Shown: positions 14,952 through 30,915 of the stretch, piece after piece
Numbering within the stretch: position 1 is the stretch's first letter
Layout of the letters: every line of letters starts with the position of its first letter
Assembly (NCBI GenBank): GCA_964016885.1
Contig: OZ024758.1
Span: forward strand, 21,018,001-21,082,000
DNA length: 64,000 nucleotides
Direction of reading: 5' to 3'
From: Eledone cirrhosa
Taxonomy: Eukaryota
The notes under the pieces: generated by a model
Told to the model about the DNA's origin: nothing
What the model saw: the letters and a program-made list of their open reading frames with translations, nothing else
The model's database searches: none
Position numbers and translations under genes: made by a program

Positions 14952-15004
<53 letters not shown>

Positions 15005-15019
15005 TATATATATATATAT

Positions 15020-15212
15020 AACTAAGGAAATGTGGTAAGGAATCAGGTGGACCATAACGCACCAAAGTACTCAATACTTAGGGTAGTAGAGTGGGCAATA
15101 GGAACGAGTAGGACCCCGACGACTGAGCTCAAGCCGTTTCGACCGCTAATTCTGGACTGAATTAGCCGTCAAAACAGCTTGAGCTCAGCCGTCGGGGTCC
15201 TACTCGTTCCTA
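15020..15212. mobile_element. Inverted pair of the half-HHR repeat family
   Basis: Strand switch at ~15158 within the gtccagaattagccgtc segment. TA flanks. Confidence 0.75.
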
Positions 15213-15257
15213 TATATATATTCTGGTTAACTGCTTGCCTTGTGCCGAAGTAGAAGC

Positions 15258-15300
<43 letters not shown>

Positions 15301-15302
15301 TT

Positions 15303-15350
<48 letters not shown>

Positions 15351-15364
15351 TGTATATATAATTA

Positions 15365-15412
<48 letters not shown>

Positions 15413-15497
15413 TACATACATATATATATAAACACATATATATATATATACATATATGCACCTATATAGGCATATATATATATATATACATAAACAT

Positions 15498-15572
<75 letters not shown>

Positions 15573-15582
15573 TATATACATT

Positions 15583-15622
<40 letters not shown>

Positions 15623-15644
15623 TATATGTATATATATATATATT

Positions 15645-15679
<35 letters not shown>

Positions 15680-15943
15680 ATATAATTTTAAATCTAGATG
15701 CTATGCATGAATTAGGAATAGATGTTGAAATCACCATGGAAGTAATGAACCGACAATTTAATTATATAAAAAGCAATTAATACACATCAGTGTTATCTTA
15801 ATTGACTTTTCTCTACTTCAGTATGCAATCCCAATTGGCTCATCAAACCTTATTTCCTCTCTTTTGATGCATCACATAAAATAATTCCTGCAACTACTTT
15901 AGTTTACGTTGCAACCTTTATATATGAATAGTTATGGCTAGAG

Positions 15944-16024
<81 letters not shown>

Positions 16025-16027
<3 letters not shown>

Positions 16028-16207
16028 AACAAGTTACACCCCGACGGCTGAGCTCAAGCCGTTTCGACGTCCAGAATTAGCCGTCGAAACGGCTTGAGCT
16101 CAGCCGTCGGGGTCTTACTTGTTGCTATTACCCACTCTACTACCCTAAGTATTGAGTACTTTGGTGCGTTATGGTCCACCTGGTTCCTTACCACATTTCC
16201 TTCGTTA
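16025..16207. mobile_element. Inverted pair of the half-HHR repeat family
   Basis: ccgacggctgagctcaagccgtttcgac|gtccagaattagccgtcgaaacggcttgagctcagccgtcgggg. Confidence 0.75.
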
Positions 16208-16210
16208 TAT

Positions 16211-16275
<65 letters not shown>

Positions 16276-16317
16276 ACGCGAGAATGATATAGATATGTAT
16301 ATACATATATATGTATG

Positions 16318-16389
<72 letters not shown>

Positions 16390-16513
16390 GAAGATCCAGT
16401 TAAGGGTGAAAGCACCGATTCTTTTCTTAGACTTTAATCTGTTATTTTAATAAATATATATATATAGAGAGAGAGAGATTACATGAAACAAAGTTCTGTT
16501 TAAATCATTTATC

Positions 16514-16560
16514 TGCTTACAATTGTTTCTTCCAAACCGAGGTTTGGAGTCTTCGGAGCA
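16514..16560 (-). ncRNA. Type I hammerhead ribozyme (CCGAAGA core)
   Basis: TGCT-CCGAAGA-c TCCAAACC tc GGTTTGGA a-GAA-ACAATTGT-A-AGCA. Confidence 0.7.
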
Positions 16561-16933
16561 ATTTGTCAGTGATTTTTAACATACTTGACCTCATTTTCAA
16601 CACAAGAGACATATAGAAACATATGTATATATTGACCCACAGTGGGTTGACATGGTAATTTACATACAAAGATTACAGTCATATTAAAGGACAAAATTAA
16701 AGTTAAAATTAAAATTAAAATTTAAATAAAACATTGGCCGTCTACTAAGATAAAGCAAAAGGAAAGTTTGGAGTAGCCAGTGTATGCAACAGTCACACTT
16801 ACTGGTAATAAGATAGTAATAAATTACTGTCTTTCACTATTTAGGGTATAATATATATATAACTATAAAAGGTTTTAGTATATACATAACCATAAATAGT
16901 ATCCTTAATACTATATATACATATATATATATA

Positions 16934-16990
<57 letters not shown>

Positions 16991-16994
16991 CTTT

Positions 16995-17030
<36 letters not shown>

Positions 17031-17331
17031 AAAGTTCTATTTAAAATTGTTGGGATACAACAAGTAAATATTTTTATAACTGATATAAAGCAGTCGACAA
17101 GTATTTGGAGTAGATATACGATATTAATAAATGGAAACTATATTTATAAAACCGGATGGCTTCCAAAAATAATGGTTGCATTTTAATAGGGTACGTCAAA
17201 GCTTATTTGTAAAACTGTTATATATTGTATTTTGTCTGATGAAGGCATAGCATAATTTAATTTGGTATCCCTGAAATATGTATAATGAAATAAATATGGT
17301 TTTATAAATATAGTTTCCATTTATTAATATC

Positions 17332-17434
<103 letters not shown>

Positions 17435-17435
17435 T

Positions 17436-17480
<45 letters not shown>

Positions 17481-17689
17481 CAATGTTTGGAAGCAAATAA
17501 TGGAACGTCTATGAGGTTGGTTGATGTGCTAGAAATAGCAATAACACACTATATCCCAGTAAAGGAATACATGATTGGTAATGCAGCGTCACATAATGTA
17601 TGGGGAAGGAACAGGGTTGACACCCGTTAAATAACAACAAAACGTATCGGGAAACGCGATTAATGGCGTGTATGTTAAGAAGATATTTT

Positions 17690-18170
17690 CTGTGCCTGTG
17701 CCTGTTTGTCTGTCTATGTGTATGTGTCTGTCTATGTGTGTATGTGGCTCCCTGTGTGCCTGTGTCTGTATATGTGCTGTCTGTGTGTCTGTCTATGTCT
17801 ATATGTATGTCTGTATGTATCTGTGTGTCTGTCTATGTGTATGTGTATGTGTATGTCTGTGTGTATGTGCGTCTCTCTGTGTCTCTGTGGGTCTCCGTGT
17901 GCCTGTGTCTGTATGTGTGTCTGCCTGTGTATGTATGTGCATGTATGTATCTGTGTGTCTGCCTGTATGTGTGTGTCTGTGTATGTACGTGTCTCTGTGC
18001 GTGTCTGCATCTGGGTGTGTCTGTATGCGCGTGTCTGTATCTCTGTGTATGTCTGACTCTGTGCCTGTCTATCTGTGCATGTCTACTGTGTGCGTGTGTG
18101 TGTGTTCGTGTGATGTATATGGGTGTGTGTTTCCCTGTGTCTGGTTGCTTGGTTGTTTGTTCTTCTCTCT
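17690..18170. repeat. Degenerate (TG)-rich simple repeat tract
   Basis: Variants of tgtgtctgcctgtatgtg. The ORFs over it are low-complexity Cys/Val/Tyr. Confidence 0.9.
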
Positions 18171-18409
18171 GTTCGGTATTTTAAAGGTTGTGATCTATAT
18201 ACCCGTAAAGGAGTTGATTGTTCGGATATAGTGACTGTAGCAAAGGTGACCTGGCAATAAACTCCAAACTTACTGTTATTGTATTATGTGTGCTGTTGTC
18301 AAATCCATTATACAATCATTAAAGTTCTCGGAATTTAACAGAGCACCACATGTGAAGCAATCACACAGTTACTGTAAAATCATTAACAATTCGCAAATGT
18401 GTTACACAT

Positions 18410-19070
18410 ACTACTTCGACGCTAAACTCCTCCAATAGTAGACTGCGTATCAATACGAGATAATTTTCTCCACAGTTCGGTCACCAACAGCAGAGTTTAA
18501 AGAGCAAAAATCAATTCCATAAGTTGACATTATCAAGCCATCGTTTTTGCTGCAGGCCTCTGCTTCTCTTACCAGCCAACCTACCTCCCAGGACTGTATA
18601 ATACATTTCGATCACCAACAGCAGAGTTTAAAGAGGAAAGAACAAGTCCAGTCCATAAGTTGACATTATCAAACCATCATTTTGGCTGCCGGCCTCTGCT
18701 TCTCTTACCAGCCAACCATCTTTCCAGCCATAACCTACTCACACAACGAGTTAACCTTTGTATATGGGCATATAGTTTGAGTACTCTAACTTGACAGTTG
18801 ATGTAATTGATCTAAGTATGGTAATGTTGAGCAGCTCACTAATACAGAAACGGTCGCCGAGCCGCTTGCCAGTCATAGTTTTCAGGATGTGGTTCTGGAA
18901 TGTAGACAGATTCTGAAGTGGACTTGTCCAATTAACACAGGCAAGACCATATAACACAAGTGGTAGGATGTAAGTATAGAAGATCTTAGCCTTCAATTGA
19001 TAAGAAATTCGTTTTGATGTTAGTATTTGCTTGTTCTTGTTGAAAGCAGCCAAGTAACACGTATATATCA
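18410..19070 (-). mobile_element. RTE-clade LINE 3' fragment (post-RT region), degenerate
   Basis: AAFNKNKQILTSKRISYQLKAKIFYTYILPLVLYG..NWT..FQNHILKTMTG. Homologous to 41930-42490. Confidence 0.75.
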
Positions 19071-20139
19071 CTATGATAGACATTCGTTTCTAGGCCAATA
19101 AAAGTACATCTTAATATTTGCACGTGGATTTCTACCTAATAATATTTATTTTAAATATTTCTTTATCAGCTTATAGCTAAATAAATACTTCAAAATGTCA
19201 CATAAATATGTGTCTATGCTTATGAAGATAGTGATAGTAGACATAGTGACTCCAAGTTTAAAGAAAACAAAGATATTTACGGACCAAATCATTTTATGCG
19301 GGGCACTATTGAAATTTCCAGTGAAGTCATACACCTCATCGGTGTGTTATTTCGTAATGGTTGATGCAACGGGTATTGGAAAAGGGCAATGCCGGATTTA
19401 CCAATGTGCTTATGTCTGCTTAAGCACAGGGCCTCTTTGGCCAGAGGTGAGGTGGTATGTTCCTGCCAAAACATTTTACAATGAATTTTTCAAATATTTC
19501 TCAAGTAAGGGGCCACATAACTTAACTATCATACGGTCTTATCTGTCCCTAATCTGTTCACTAACAATAGGGATAGGCTAGTCATGTAAGTGTATACAGA
19601 GTATTCACTAACTATTCTGATATCTTATATTAGTTTATGATTTGCTTTTAGTTGTGTTAATGAAGTAAGATAACATTTGTTTTATCCAACATTTGTTTTA
19701 TCCAACGATTCGAGCTGGAAAATGAATGGGAATCAGCTACATAATTGTTGTAATATAATAATACAAGGTATTGTTATGTGAAAGAAAACTAGATGAATAT
19801 GTCATTGTCAAAGCTTGTTTGGACTATAATAGATACTTAGATAAATGTATTTCCTATGTGATCTACAATAATATACTAGTGAGCATATACTATTGAGCAT
19901 ATATCAAATTATTATGTTAACATAACTTTTGCGGAAAATATATTTATAGCCAACATATTATTTTACATATATGCTTAAAATTGTTTCCAGACTGCCTGCT
20001 TCTCATGTTATGTAACGAGTAGCCTATAAAGATATCTATTTCTATTAAAGCTTAGCAATGTGTTAAAAGATGAAGTATGGAATTCCTATCTATCACGCCT
20101 GTTTCTATCTTATTTACTTATAACATGTAAAAATGTAAA

Positions 20140-20208
<69 letters not shown>

Positions 20209-20219
20209 AAGCAAATTAT

Positions 20220-20792
<573 letters not shown>

Positions 20793-21039
20793 AGGAACTT
20801 CAATAAGCGATCTTGCCATAATAACACTTTTTGTACAACCATGCTTGTAAATAATATTATTCTTTCTTTACCATTACCTCATCATGTTCCACATCACCCT
20901 TTTTCGGACTTAAAAAACCTTGTTTGTAAATAATATTATTCTTTCTTTCCCATTTCAATAACATGTTCAACATCACCTTATTTTCCCTCCTACATTTTAT
21001 ACCAATACACATTCCTCCTTTTTTCCTCTCCCACTCACA

Positions 21040-21077
21040 TAATTTGATAATGCATAAACTGCAGAAACCGGTAATTG
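21040..21077 (+). ncRNA. Minimal type I hammerhead, U3-A8 core
   Basis: TAAT-TTGATAA-TGCA taaac TGCA-GAA-ACCGGT-A-ATTG. Confidence 0.65.
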
Positions 21078-21308
21078 ATAATTATTAAATAAATAAATTA
21101 ATAAATCAATAAATCAATGCCATTGTTAATTAATAAATAAATTAACTAATACCTTAACACTTCACACAAAGTAAAATATTTTGTTTTAAACATTTTCTAG
21201 CCCAGAAAAAAGAGAAAAAAGTAAGGAAAAATATATATTTTCTTCCTACAAATATATATATATATATATAAATAACAAACACACACACATAAAGATGTAT
21301 ATATACAT

Positions 21309-21391
<83 letters not shown>

Positions 21392-21452
21392 CATACATAC
21401 ATACATACATACATACATACATACATACATACATACATACATACATACATAC

Positions 21453-22968
21453 GTAACCAGGGAATACTACACCCGATTAAAAAATATTTGGTCATCGGAA
21501 CTCTCTGCGCAAAACAAAACAGTGGCTCACAATGTGTTCGCTGTGCCTGTCCTAACACCGACGTTTGGAATACTCAATTGGACGATAGACGAAATCCGAG
21601 AAGTTGATGTCGGACCTCGAACAATACTAAACAACACTGAAAACTTCCACATCAACAGTGACATAGACCTCCTTTACTTGAAACGTAAGCAGGGAGACAG
21701 AGGCCTAACGTCAGTCCAGAGAGCATTTGAATGTCGCATCATATCTCTGCGACAACATCTACGAACCTCGAAGCGTAGAAGCCCGTCTCTCGAGCAAGTA
21801 TATCTGCATGAAACAGATAAGATCATGAGAGTTGGGAAGGAACTCCTCGAGAGATATTCCCTGTGTGATAATCAAAAACTCAAACCCAGGGAAGTCGCTC
21901 AGCAGTATAGCAGTGAATCCATGGATGAAAAACTGCATGCTTATCAGCAAAAAATCATGCATGGTTATGTTGCCAGGAAGCTCCAAAGTGAGAGTAATAT
22001 AGATAAGTAAAGTAATCTATCTTGGACCAACAACCGCTATATTGGCTCCCATTTTGAAGGATACGCTTTGGCAATGCAAGAACAGGAGATTAACACGAAA
22101 TACCTGATTCACAAAAGAGATAGGGATGCAGGCAAAACACCTAGAGGTGATAACAAGTGCAGACTCTGCAGAACTAACATCGGGGATATCACCCATGTCA
22201 TCAGCAACTGTCCAAATATGTCATCATGGTACTATCTACCTATGAGGCATGATGTAGTGGCCAAAACACTGTACAATGCAGTTCGTAAAAAAGATAGCCC
22301 CGATAATAAACACATTAAAAGCTACAGCAATGTGGAAGACATCCACGTACATAATATGAAAGAGTACTGGTGGAATGTTCCAATGAAAAACCCCAATAAA
22401 ATGCAGGCATAATAGACCAGATATTATGATATGGGACAGGGAGAAGAAAGCATGCACAGTAGTGGAAAGTAGCTGCCCAGGAGATGCCAATATAATATGA
22501 AAGACTAGCGAAATGGAGAATATTTATGCAGAACTGATGAGAAATCTGCAGATACTCCACCCTGATTACACCTTCAGATTGATGCCTGTGATTATTGGGG
22601 CACTGGGGTATGTTAGTAACTGCCTCAATACAAACCTTGAGAAGCTAGGCTTCACAGGAACTGAAAGAATACAACTCATTCGGAAGTTACAAGTAAAATC
22701 CAGTAAAAATATGTAAAACATTCCAAACATTTTGCATCTAATAACTGCATATACACATGTACAGATACAAAGCATATACACATACACACATACAACTCAA
22801 AACATACACATACACACATACAATAACATCCATATCTACACATGCATGCTTACATAATATACCTAGTTGATGTATAAATTCCAATGAGAAAGTCTTGTGT
22901 CTATCTTAGAAACCGACTCTCTCTCTCTATTGAGAAAAAATGTGTGAAATTATAAAACCAGAAGAAGA
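21453..22968 (+). mobile_element. 5'-truncated R4/Dong-clade non-LTR retrotransposon (RT thumb, CCHC knuckle, restriction-like endonuclease); pseudogenised
   Basis: [19 protein letters not shown]; [12 protein letters not shown]; AMQEQEINTK; CRLC..ITHVISNC; RHDVVAK; RPDIMIWD; PVIIGALG. Stops and frameshifts present. (ATAC)n on both sides. Confidence 0.9.
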
Positions 22969-23013
22969 TACATACATACTTACATACATACATACATACA
23001 TACATTCATACAT

Positions 23014-23109
<96 letters not shown>

Positions 23110-25088
23110 ATATATATATATATAAACATGTATACACAAATTGTATATACAATTTCTTTCACTTAACATAAATGTGCCACTTTAGTTTTCGGTCTCCATT
23201 TATGGTGACACTTTATAGTGCAGGAGATATCCTAAAGCTGTCCTCACTTGTGCAGTGCATGGATAAATATTTAAACAAAATTTGTTCCTTTACGAAAAAT
23301 AGTCATATTTTGGGAAGAGTTCTGCAGAAAATCAAAGGGCTGACATTTACCCCGAAAAACTTACATTACAATGATGCATCATTATATATGTACAGAAGGG
23401 AGAGTACATTTTACTATGAATCAGTGTGTATGTATAATAAACGCGTAACTTAATTTGTTACGTTTAAAATTAAACCTAAGGACCACAAAGGAGCTTGTTG
23501 GAATACGGATAACAGCCGTATATCGTAGAATGTTCTTCTGTCTTTTAAATACCAAAGCTGATAATCTCTTTGTTTAAGATTTATTTATGTAATTACATTA
23601 CACACCGTGTAACTCACATAGTTTAGGTGTTTTCTTAGTTTTAATTCGTTAGGAAACATTTAGAAACGTATTAAGATTTAGAAAATTATATTATAATCCA
23701 GGTAACACACATATATATTTCTATTCAAACCTCCTTATACAACCTTTATTGTAAATATAGGTTAAAAAACAAAAACGTTCTTCCACTCCTTTAAAAAACT
23801 GTTGCTAGCAGGTATAGAAATATTTTATATACTGTTGATATTAATGTATTACACAGAATACACAGGACGTTCATATTGTAGGCTTCCATTTGTAGCATGG
23901 AGTCATTTTTCTCACCCCACCCACTATGTATTTGGGACGAACATGTTATATTTTAAATTGATAGGTTATAGTTTCACGTAAAACACGTAATTTAACAGAA
24001 AAGTATGGATATTCCCTCCTTCAAATGAGAGCCAATTTCCGTTTCTTTTCATGTCTTCCCTCATTATTTCCTGTGTTGTCCTTCAATTCTTCTGATGCCA
24101 CATGATTCTATTATTTCTTTCCTTTATTTTCTCGTCCCTTTGTTTTAATTCATTGTATTTATTTATTGTTTTTCTTTTTAATTCTTATACTTTCCTAAAA
24201 TTGTTTCTGTATTTTCTCTTCTTAATTGGTTCTCAGCTTATATCGTTTGTTTCTTTTGTTTTAGTTAGTTTTCGTTTATCTTCCCCAGGCTTATTATTTT
24301 GTTTCCATGACTTGATCGGTTTTTCAAATCGCTGTATGTTCTACGCTTCGGCTTTGAACTGATGGGTATACATTTCGTTCGTGTGTTTTTTCCTATAATC
24401 CTGTATGCTTTGAATTTCAAAGTTTCTCTTGAACCTTTACATGTTGTATTATATTGCCCTGCACCTCACTTACTAGATTATAGCTATATCGTTTGTTCTA
24501 ACTTGTATACTCTATTAAAACTTCTGTTTCCATACAGGATATGTTTGTTTATTTGTTCTAAGTTTAGTTCTTTTTGTATACATCCGCTATAGTCTATACT
24601 ATTTAGATTAGTGTTGTAAAATATATTTCGCGAGGTGGTGTGGCTGTTGCAGTGGGTGTCGCTGGCCATTGTCTGCTAGAATGCATTGCGAACTTGTCCG
24701 CTGGGCCATCATATGATAGGCCTAGAGATTATCACCATCACCTTCCCTCTCCCATTCTTCTGTGACCCTATAAAAAAAGTTAACAGCATAAGCCCTATTT
24801 TTCAATGGTTAACATTCAAGTTGACATGTTATGCTCCATCCAATTATTTCCGTTTTATTTATCGACCCAAGTTTATGGCCTTTGTTAAGATAGTTGCTTA
24901 TTGTATTGCATTCTCTTACGACTGACTGCACTCCAACCGTTACAAAAGTGTGTTATTTGTTCGGTACTCCTATTTGTCGTAGTGTTTTCAATACAATATT
25001 GAACCTGTAGACATCAGGACTATTTCCAATGTTTTTTTCTTTGATTTGCTATCATACAACTTCCCAACACACTTCGTAATATGCAATC

Positions 25089-25122
<34 letters not shown>

Positions 25123-26575
25123 TAATTATTATTTAGTTAGATATATCAGGGAAATATATATATTTCTTTGGGAGTTCCATTGAAATGCTTAATAGCTTAA
25201 TATCTTCCATAATTAGTGTTTAAATATCCATTTTTCCCAACACCTGCAGCCATAAGACAACTGTTTATTAAATATTTCAATAATTTGTTGATGAAGCAAA
25301 TCACGGCTAACATGATAGCAGTGACTCGGTTTCTATCAGCAGATTTGAAAAGATTGCTTGTCAAAGAGAGCAGGTGACATCTCTTACATGTTTCTCCATT
25401 AACACAGAGACATATTTCATATTTCTATTCTGTTGGCTTAATGTGTTTGCTATCGAGATATGCGATCAATATTGTAGTTTTCGTTGTTGTTCTTATTACT
25501 ATTATTACTACCACTACTACTACTACTACTGCCATTATGACTACTAATACTACCGCCACCACGACTACTACCATCACCACTATTATTGTAACTACTACTG
25601 CTACTAATACCACTACTATTCTGTTTTGTGTTTTAGCTTTTTATTGTAATTACAATATTTCTATTAGCACAGACATTTTTGCATAAGCTATAAGTATTGT
25701 TTTATGTTAGATGTAAAGCCTTTGTGTTCCTATAATACTGATTTTAGAAGTCAGGGTGATGTCATATTAAGTTACCTTCTATGTGCGAGGTTTCGTTAAT
25801 TATTTGCCCGGAAAATGTTTTTATCATATCTCGAAGCAACATTTCTCAGGCATTTGTTACTGTCTAAGAAACAACTGTCGGTGTCTATATTTCTAAATAT
25901 AAATATATAGTACAGATATTTCTATATAAGATTAATAACAAAATAACAAAACAAACGATGCAGTACATGCAAGAAATATATTAGTTTAATGCTTGAAATA
26001 GCAGGAAAATAGGCTTAAAGTTTGGACATTAGATGTTCATCAAAGGATAGAGTTAGAAAAAGGAGATAAATAGAAAGTACAGAGAGATAAGAGGTAATGG
26101 ACGGGGAGGGAAAATGAAAAAAAACACACGTGCATATTCACTCGGCCATTTTGGTGAGTAGTTTTATAATTGTGTGTAATATATGTACACCATTTTGAAT
26201 TTTCACATCAACTGTAGATTTTTTTTTTAAATGTTATTTGAGAATTATAGCTGGACAATTTAATTTAATCTTCTCGTCTCTATGAATTGGCTTATCCCAG
26301 ATTATACATTTTGTTATTCTATCTTTTTCTATTTTCAATGAAATTATTTGGAAAATCTGAAATCTCGGATTTCATAATATCTGTGGAGAGATCAGAAATT
26401 TCCATTTCTGTTTTTAAATCTGAGTGCTGTGTTAGTTTTAAATTCTACACCGATCATTATAGGAAAAGATTATTGTTTTAAGCACATAGTATTATTGATT
26501 TAGGTGTCACAGAAACTCTGTACTGGATTTTACCATCAATTCCGGGGTCCGGGTTTGTTATATATTTATATATAC

Positions 26576-26646
<71 letters not shown>

Positions 26647-29039
26647 TATGTCATTTATTTTGTCTGTCCTGTTTAGCTTGACTTGTTTTGTTTTTTGGCT
26701 TATGTGGTTTATTGTTTCTTGACTGCCTTCTCAGTATGTATGGCGTTTATAACCTATATTTATTTCTCTGGTCTGTTTTATCCCATGAAGCGCTTGCCAG
26801 CATGACTCGGAATTTGCGTTATGTTCGCTTTTTCTACCCGCCGAAATGCGATTCTTGCTGAATTTATATTTATGTATGTTTGTATGTATGCATATATGCC
26901 TATGCATGTGTGTTTTTCAGTCTGTATATAGTCAGCACAGGAAAAGATACATCATGTTATTAGAATACAACTATAGCAAGATAGGATTATGGATAGTATC
27001 TCTCTCGAATATACATTCTAAGGAAAAGCGAATTCAAACAGAATGTCATAGATATGAGTAAATATACTTTACACTCTACATTTCCTATTATATATATTTA
27101 CAATTACCCAGTTCTAAACCAACGTGCTTGAATAACTCTTCAGTTTTCTTTACAAAAAAGTATAATTATGCGAAATATGTATAAACACGATGATGAAGAA
27201 TATTATACAATTGTATGAGATATCACAAAAAGCGTTTATTGAGACCAGTCGTGCGAATAGGTAAAAACGGAGATCCTATGCTACTACAATATGCTTAACA
27301 ATGGTATTATCATATAGAAGTATATTATCATATAGAAGCATTTTAATATATATTTCTTTTCACCAGAAACCTCTGAGTCTATTTAGACGAATGGTGTTTT
27401 TTTTTTATTCTGAAAGCAATATTGTAACAAGTTAACTAATGCCTATCTGGGAAAATATAAACACAATCCACATGAGAATATCACAATATTCCAAATTGCA
27501 AAATACCTTTTTCTTTTTAGAACTGCAAGCATTCGGTGAGTTGCTGCTCTGATGTAATTCATTTAATGCTACAGTGTTGATGGAAAGATGTAAGGTAGTG
27601 GCTAACATATCTGCTGTTGATTAGCACACATCAACCATTAAAATATTACCTAATCACAGGGAACTAACAGAAACACATGCATATGTACACATAAATATAT
27701 ATTGCACAAATTACGTACGTTTACATAAACGGAGCTGTAGGCGTACATGTCTAACATATCTACCCCTCCATATAAACATATATTATTGATTTCTGACTGA
27801 TGTATACCTATGTATATATATTATGTTGAATGTTTAAGCTAATTGCGGTAGTTTCGTTAATATTATGTCGAATAATAAACCTTTGATTACACTCCTATAT
27901 CTTCATATCCCTTGCTGTAGCATCAAAGATTACGTGAATCAAGATTGAGCTATTACAATGCAGCTGATTAGATGATTCTAGCTTCGAACTAGAACATGAA
28001 GGGAAATATCAAAATAAATGATTTTCCTGCTAAGCTTATAAAACAATAGTCTTTCATCAGCTGACAAAATAAATGTGCGGTTTGCGGCTACGGTCTAAGT
28101 TATTATTTAAGTGGTTGACAGTCAGCATATGTTATGATATATATTTACTGTAATTGATTCTCTCTGTTATACGTTTATAATATTTTATATCAGTGATAAT
28201 ATTTGAAATACTAAAACCTTACATCATTCATCCGAACGTAGGCTTTTATGACATATTATACGATATGCATGGCTCTCAGTATTTCTGATATATGAGTATC
28301 TCAGATGTGGCGTTCAAGTTGCTGAATAACACTTTATCACCTAATACGTATCGGATATGAAAGGAATAAAATAAGTTTTGTTAGATGGGATTATATATAT
28401 ATTATTTGTTTGGATCCGTAAAATGCGACTACATAATTTACTCTATAGAACCTGTTTAATCCAGAGTGTATGACACGCCTAAAACCATACACATGTTAGT
28501 TTCTTATGTCAGGTCAATTAGTTCATGCCACGTCCTTCATATACATTAGGATCTTACTATTCATTTGAATAATTTCCATCTAAACATAACACCTTCATTC
28601 ATTGATACTAAAAGTGTTTTAGGGTTTTGAATAAGACCTAGAAAGTTATCTTCGAAATTATACTTTCTTTAGATATACATTGTGATTGCAAGTTCTCTTA
28701 AACTACAAGTAATTAATATAATCAAGTCTCCCTAATGTTGAAATATATACTGACAAACCAACATTAATAACAATTTTAAAATGTTATCAAAGGCACTGAA
28801 TACTTGCCAACAGTTCTGCTTATTTTATAATTACATCATACGAATTTCCTCCCTCTTGGTTCTTCGAGAAGAGCTTCTGGGATATTTCGTCTATGTAATA
28901 ACAGCTAACTAATACAATTGGTCGTTTATCTTAAATACTTGTCTGAGAGCCGAGTGGGGTAGAACTTGGGTTTGAATGGGTGCATAGTGAAAGGAGGACG
29001 AGATAGTTGTGTATCTGTGAAACATATACTTATACAAAA

Positions 29040-29305
29040 GGTCCGAACACAAAGGAGCCAAACTCCTACTGTCACTGCCTACGTCTCTGTCGCTCTCCCC
29101 ATTTCTCACTATTCTGAGCAAAGGGGTGTCCACGCGCTGACAAGCGGCTCCGGCGGAGAGAAGGGTAAAGGTTTTGCCCGGAGGATGATGAGTTAAACCA
29201 AGTCCGAACACAAAGGAACCAAACTCCCACTCTCAGCGCCTCCGTCTCTCCCGCTATCCACATTTCTCACTATTTTGAACAAATGGGGGCCAATGCGCTG
29301 ACACC
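29040..29305. repeat. Imperfect ~162-bp tandem duplication in a GC-richer island
   Basis: gtccgaacacaaagga.ccaaactcc.act...catttctcactatt.tga.caaa at ~29041 and ~29202. Confidence 0.7.
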
Positions 29306-30649
29306 CCACCCCAGTCGATTCGGTGGATGGATTGGAGAAGGTTTTCCCCACAGGGTGATAAGTGTGGTTATAAAATCACTACTTTTAACGACGAAGTCAA
29401 AAATACTGCTACTCTAATATGACAAAAGAAAACATATTTCGTATTTTGAGATGATTTGAAATACAACTGTTAACGTTATCTACCTATATGTTGGTATCTC
29501 TATAAATTAGATGGTAACGTCGGTGGAAATAATGAGTGCTACGACTAATTTGATTGATTTGAGTTATGTATTGTTCAAAAGGACTTACAAATGCAGGTAA
29601 AAGAGCATAATCGTTCTTTACATTGTATGCTTCCACACGTTTTTAACTAAGCACAATGGGCTACCATACATTTACATGGAAATTAGAATTCAGGTACATG
29701 CCAGCAGCAAGTATATTATCAAAATGGGGACATTATCTTATGCATGCTGCAGTGACTTGCAAATATATCTAATAAAATGTACTCTATATGGAATAAGTTT
29801 AGGCTGAGTTCTTTTAAAATCATCTCAAATCAAACCTGTAATAATATTGCAGATGAAGTAAACACAGCTTTTAGCTTTGCATTAAAGTTGACTTTTTTAT
29901 TGCAATTCATAAATCTTCTAAGCGAGAATTATAGGAGAGAGGCGTATTAATATAAAGCTTGTAACCTAATACTGAAGTGAATATCAATGCAATTCCAAAG
30001 TTCTTAATCTTTAAAATGAATCCATTCTATCCTATATACAATGGAAGGTAAATGACGCTGTTTAGCATTTTCCGGCAAAGATAAATTTTGTGATCAGCAT
30101 GCTAAGATTAATAGGATTATACAAGTAAAGGTCATTGAAAGAAACTTACATCATATTAGTTGATAATAGGAAGGTGTCGACTAGACGTGACGACTATGAA
30201 TTACATCACCACTGCTATAATGAACGAAGGCGTAACGGTTCTGGACATGAAATGCGATGACAAGAGCGGACTTTAATGAATGAAATACGTTCAACAAGGT
30301 TTGAGGTTAAAATTTTAAATTTGCCATTTTGAAGCATGAAAGTATTTAATATGTCCAATATGGTATCCATCCATTCTTTACTTATTCTGAGGGAAAATGT
30401 ATATGGAAATCAACACCAAATTGAAAGTGTAATATAATCACTTACGTAAGAAACTGCATCATACATTTTTAACAGTAAATATAACATTGATTTTAAATAA
30501 CATTTGGTTAAACTTTTTCTGCTATCAGAAAGGTTTGACACATGAGAAAGAATGATCATTTTAAAGTATGATACGATCTACGGTGATATATAGGTGTCAG
30601 CAATATCTCAACTAATTAAAATATTTAAAACATTAGACAATTAGATCCG

Positions 30650-30915
30650 AGTTGAGAGATCAAATCTCCGACCCTGTTGACATGTTGTTAGAATGTAACA
30701 GGTAAGAATCGCTGGACAGATTGTATGACCAAAACCTATGGGCAGAAGATGCAGGAGTAGCCTCCGTGTAAGATGGTTGGATAACATCCATGTGCTTTTT
30801 TTGTCTCGCTTGAAGATCCAACAGAGCCAGTTGGAGAGGGTTGCTTCGACAGGACCCACTGAAAGGAGTGTTTGAGGTATTTTCCCCCACGACCCTCTCG
30901 GGACTAAGTGGGCGT
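30650..30915 (+). mobile_element. Old RTE-like LINE 3' fragment
   Basis: Plus frame with stops: VERSNLRPC*HVVRM*QVRIAGQIV*PKPMGRRCRSSLRVRWLDNI, matching the GHVxRM...GRRPRGRP..RWxD motif. Confidence 0.65.

Noticed and set aside
24000-25080. Strand-asymmetric region that might be an old LINE ORF1
   Set aside because: No recognisable zinc knuckle or other motif in any frame I checked.
26010-26046. Minus-strand TTGATGA-ACAT cta ATGT-CCAAAC hammerhead-like string
   Set aside because: GAAA is missing and the 3-8 pair is mismatched.
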